A DNA stretch of 64,000 bases, taken from the NCBI RefSeq assembly GCF_009914755.1, contig NC_060941.1; one strand, given 5' to 3'. Made by a program: the position numbers and the translations under genes. Of this stretch, positions 46,421-64,000 are shown piece by piece. Positions within the stretch are counted from its first letter, which is position 1. Every line of letters begins with the position of its first letter. The notes beneath the pieces are model-generated. The model did no database searches. It saw only the letters and a list, made by a program, of their open reading frames with translations, and was not told where the DNA came from. Source of the DNA: the human T2T-CHM13v2.0 reference genome, Homo sapiens.

Positions 46421-49400
46421 GCTAGCAGCTAATGTATTAGTTCAGATCTGTATGACTATTTTCCAACATTTTGCAAGGCACTGCGAGTGCTAAAGTTAAA
46501 GATGAGGCAAATGGTCAGCAGCTGGGGTGGCAGGAGCTCCAGCTGTACCCGGGCTGAGGGTCTCAGTGTCTTCACACACCTGTGCCCACCCCAGCAGGCT
46601 GGGTGGAAGGCCCTGTTCTAGACCTGAGCTGGGGCTGGTGGTGTGACCTGTCTCCACTGATTTCTTGGCCCTGAGACCTGGGGTAGGTGGAGGGCGTGGG
46701 GAAGTGGGCGGTTTTCTGCCTTGGTGTCCAGGGTGGTCCGGGGAGCCCGGGAGGCTGACTCAGTCTCATCTCCTCCTGAGGGACTGAGCTCGGAGCTGAA
46801 TCCCTGATGCCATAAAATTATTTTCCAGTTTGACTCTTGTGTCCTTTAAAGTTGTAGCACACTACACTTGGTTTTAAGAGCTAAATGTAAGGCAAATACA
46901 GAGCACTTTAAATGTGATAACTCTGAGTTCATATTGTTTGAGGAGATAAGCAAAAAGGAGCAGGTGCTTTGAATTCACTTATCAGCGTTTTCGCAGGCTC
47001 CTGTCCCTCCGCACCCCCCACCGAGGTGCCGTGATGTTCCACGAGGATCTTGGAATTGGAGGCTTCCCCGGGCTGTGGGGCCACCGTTTCATCTGCTCAC
47101 CTTGCTGGTAAGGCCAGGGCTTTGTTCCCGGGAGTGCTCGGGCCGCAGGTGTGTGTGTCCGGGAGGCTCCTGCCGGGCAGGGCAGGGAGAGGGGCCTGGC
47201 CTGGGAAGTAAGCCCCCGTGACAGGCTCCTCAAGCCTCTGGAGCCCTGGGGAGAGTTTGCATTTTCGGATCACGTCTCCATCCTCCAGGAGAAGGATGAG
47301 AGGGGCCGGCTTTAAGTCCTAGTTCTTGGGTATATAATTAAACAGAGATTTTCCTTCCTGAAGGAACAAAAAGAGGCCAAGGACAGCCTAATTGAAACCT
47401 CAGGATTGCTTCTCCAAGAGTGGCCTGAGCAAGTGGGCCGAGGTAGATTTGCAACTCTGGCTGGTGGGGTGGCCCGAGCCAGGGGGGCCCACGTTCGGCT
47501 GCTGACGGCGGTCCACAGGAGGGGAGGGTCTGTTGGGCGGGGGAGCCTCTCTCTGCCTTGCTTCCTTTTAGGGTGAGCCTTTGGTTCTCCTGTCCCAAAC
47601 CGAGGGGGGCCACGTGGGAGCCGGCAGCACACACTGGCCACCACTGACCGCTCCTGCTGTCCTGGCACTTCCGCCCCCTCCCAAAACGGCAGCCCACAGT
47701 GACTGGTCGCAAGTGCCATCAGAAATGTGCGCCGCTTACGAGGCTGTCAACCAGGCTGGTTCTTCCAAAGTCGTCCATTACCAGATAAGTGAAGGTAAAA
47801 TAGTGATGCTTTATTAATTGCAGGTATGGCACGGGTTTTTATACCTGTTTATATACACTTGCTCCGGAGCGGAAGGACTTTCTCATCTCTCCTTGCCTCT
47901 CCCCCACCCCCAGAAGAGAATTTCAACTTTAAGACAAACAACTTCATTTACAAGTGTGTCTCTAATTAGCTGCAGAATTAGGAAAGCTGAGCTTTCCCCC
48001 ATAGATCCGCTCAACCCTCGAGGGAGACTGGTGGAATAGAGAGAATCGCATTTCCAATTATTTTGTTGAATTGCTAATTTAGTTATTGTGCCTGGTGTAA
48101 TTGTGATGGGTATTGGGTATGCAATTCAATTTGTTTTAAATATTTGTGGGAAGGCTGATCAGTAATGGAGCTGACCTATTTTGTGGCCCAAATTGAGAAA
48201 AAAAAAAAAGACTAAAACACAACAGCCACAAAGATACAGTTTGTTTCCATTTTTATTTTGATCTCTCTCATCCCTCTTAAGATCATTGATGCAACAAAAG
48301 GATTAAATTAAAAGATGACAGCACTTTGATCTTCTCCCTTTGAAAGCTTAACTGTCCTTGGTAGTTTAATATGCAGATATTTTAGGGTAGAGTCTAGATG
48401 CATTGCTGGAGTTGAGTAGTTTCTGCCTCCTAAAATTGCATTTCTGCATGTGCCTAAAAGTGATTTGGGGTACTCAACTTTCTAATAGTGTGTAAAGTAG
48501 TGGAGGTGTATCTGTAACAAATAACGCAAAGCCGTGAGAGCCACAAGTTCGCCACTCCTACTGGGCAGAAGTCCATTCCAGAGTCCCGGAACCTTCCCTC
48601 CAGGCAGCACCACGTGCAGAGGTTGGTGGCCAGGAACCCCACCCCGGGTGTTTGCATAAAGCTCACCCATTGGGAGCCCTGCTCCTGGTTGATTTGAGCC
48701 TGTGCAGGTGAGAGGAGGGCTAGGTGACAAGTTCCCTCATGGCTGGCGGTGACTCTGTGGAGCTAGCTCCTTGAGGGCCAAGCTCCAATGTCCCTCTTCA
48801 GCCAGAGTCTGGACCGGGAGGTATGGGCCAGGGAAAATCTGTGATGTAATCTTGTTTACATGCCTATTGGATGCTGAGTCATAAACACAGTCTGGGCCTG
48901 GGCCAGGGCTGTGGCTTGAAATCAGAGCTCTGCTGGGACCTGAGGTCACAGAAATAGATTGCAGGAGTTGAGCCTTGGGCACGTACGACCGAGGTTGCTT
49001 ACAGGTGACTGGAAGCCCTCACCTTCCACAGCATCCCGCCGGGCCCGCCAGGCGTCCTCAGACACAGGCTAACTAGGGCTTGGTTGGGCAAGATCAGAGG
49101 GTGGCGGACCAGAGCAGATTTTGAGAAAAGGTTATAATAAAATGGGTCATAGATGCGGCTGTTGTAATGAATTTGATCCTAAAGGATTCGTTTTGTAACT
49201 CGATTAGCTTAGCAAGGTGCCAGGGTCAATTTCCGTGCTTAGCTGCTAAAGAGAAGTTTAAACTTCATTACTCTTACGTGAGAGCTCACCGGGACCAACT
49301 GGAGGAACTCAGCCCCAGGTGGATCCCTTTTAACAAGCTGTTCTGGAGGAGCTGGGCGAGGACAGCTGATGGCCGCAGCTGCTGATCCTGAGGAGGGGCT

Positions 49401-49594
49401 GGGTCCCGTGTGAGGACAGATAGGAGGGTGACCATTGAACCAGCCAGGCTGGAGCTGAAAAGAAACTGGCAAGCAGCTAGAGCAGCTGGGGATGGAAGGA
49501 GGAGGAGGCGTTTGTGGAAACAGCTGCAGGGCAGGAGGGCAGGCTGCGGGGTAAGGTCTGTGTAGCCTCTACCCCGTGATGGTGGTGGTTGTTA

Positions 49595-62660
<13,066 letters not shown>

Positions 62661-63054
62661 TATTTTTATCCAGACTTCAGCATTACCCATGATCCCAGAT
62701 GAAAATCTGCCTAGAGCTGGAAGGGATCTTAGGGATCTTCTCGTTCCACACTCTACTTTCACATCCCAGGGAAGGCAGGACTCCAGAACACCCTTGAGCT
62801 GCTCAAGGCCTGCCCTAAGTGAGGGCAGCCAGGCTTAGAGATCGGCCTTCAGGCTCAGCTGCACAGCCCCTCAGTGGCACTTCCGCTTAGTGTCCATGTC
62901 ACCCAACACGTAGAGACAATCCCTAGACCCTGCCCTCGCCAGGGGACGGTTCTCCACCAATACCCTATGAGGAAGGTGCCCCTGAGTGATGACAGGCGCC
63001 CAGTCTTGGGAGCAAAAGAGACAGGGCATGGAGAAACCTGACCTGCATTGAGGG

Positions 63055-63210
63055 TTTGCGGCTCATGCCCTGCACTTGATTCACATCAACTAATTTAATG
63101 TCATTTTTCAAAATGCCCCATTGAGGTCCACATTTCACAGATGAGGAGGCAGGAACTTGCTCAAGGACAAGAGTGAGGGGCTGGATACTGGAAATCAGCT
63201 CAGGCTTATT
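63055..63210 (-). mobile_element. MIR fragment
   Basis: catttcacagatgaggaggcagg...acttgctcaagg. Confidence 0.55.
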
Positions 63211-64000
63211 CTAAAGTCCCTGTTCTTGTAAGTGACTATGAAAGGAGCTATTTGCATGGACAGGAATGCTCTGTGAGCTTTTTCCTGCTGCAGAGCCTGG
63301 ACTTGTACAGTGGGTTCTGCCTCTTCCCACCCCCAGCCCTCCCTGATTACTCTAGAAGGCCAGTCATGACACAGAATGTTGGCAATCAGACTCAGCGCCA
63401 TCTGAGCTATTCTGTCCTGTCTCCGTGCGGTTCCTAGTGGGCTGAGCCCACTGTGTGGCTCCAAGTCTCAGGCTCCGTTATCATTCTGCCCTCCACCAAC
63501 CACAGGAAACCCCATGCTTTGGAAGATGTTGCTTATTACCAAGATACTGCATTTCTAAAGATGTCCTACCCCCATCACTTATTATCAACACCCATTAGAG
63601 CCACTGGCCAGCAGGAGGTGACCAGGACTGCACTTCCTGGGTAAAACTCCAGTCAACACAAAGACAACGGCATGGAAAGACTGCTGCCTGAGGCACAGCA
63701 GGATTCCTAGAGCACTGGAAATAGCCGATTGTTCCCCACTCCTGTGGGTGGCCCGGGCATACTATCCTGGGTGCCCCTCCAGCTTGGGGACTGCACACGA
63801 TTAAGCTGAGCTTGGACCCAGTTTTCTTGGCACTCAAGACTGTGCTCTTTTCATTCAATTGGCTGCTTTCGAAAGCTTTATACACAGCTTTCACGTGCCC
63901 ATAAACCACCAAAGGACAAACCCTTGCTCCTTGGCCTGGCATTTAAGGATCTTTATATCTGATGCCGGCTTGTTTTTTGGGAGTTCATTGTCTATTACTC

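Noticed and set aside
62700-64000. 3' end of the next gene (ACACA expected nearby on the - strand, by recall)
   Set aside because: No recognisable exon or clear poly(A) signal inside the window.

Overview
Human (primate) genomic DNA. The + strand carries the last four coding exons of AATF (Che-1/TRAUB; chr17q12 by recall) at 69-136, 1998-2078, 12569-12640 and 37578-37641. They join through canonical GT-AG, phase-2 introns into ...[94 protein letters not shown], followed by a ~200-nt 3'UTR with AATAAA at 37826. The MIR2909 hairpin (14700-14768) lies in the last intron, inside an MLT1-type LTR. The remainder is intronic or intergenic and rich in Alu, L1, L2, MIR, MaLR LTR and DNA-transposon fossils; 49.6-62.7 kb is almost entirely nested L1/Alu. 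Nearly all ORF-track entries are Alu/L1 or chance ORFs. The most notable observations are: a perfect 30-bp minisatellite built from alternating inverted arms; an 82-bp locally templated duplication; a tiny TSD-flanked, A-tailed retrocopy of a structured RNA; several cryptic or poison splice candidates; a hAT transposase fossil; a twin-primed L1; and repeat-free, homeobox-motif-rich blocks that may be long-range enhancers. I found no convincing wholly new biological system. Repeat subfamily names and boundaries were recognised by eye and are approximate.
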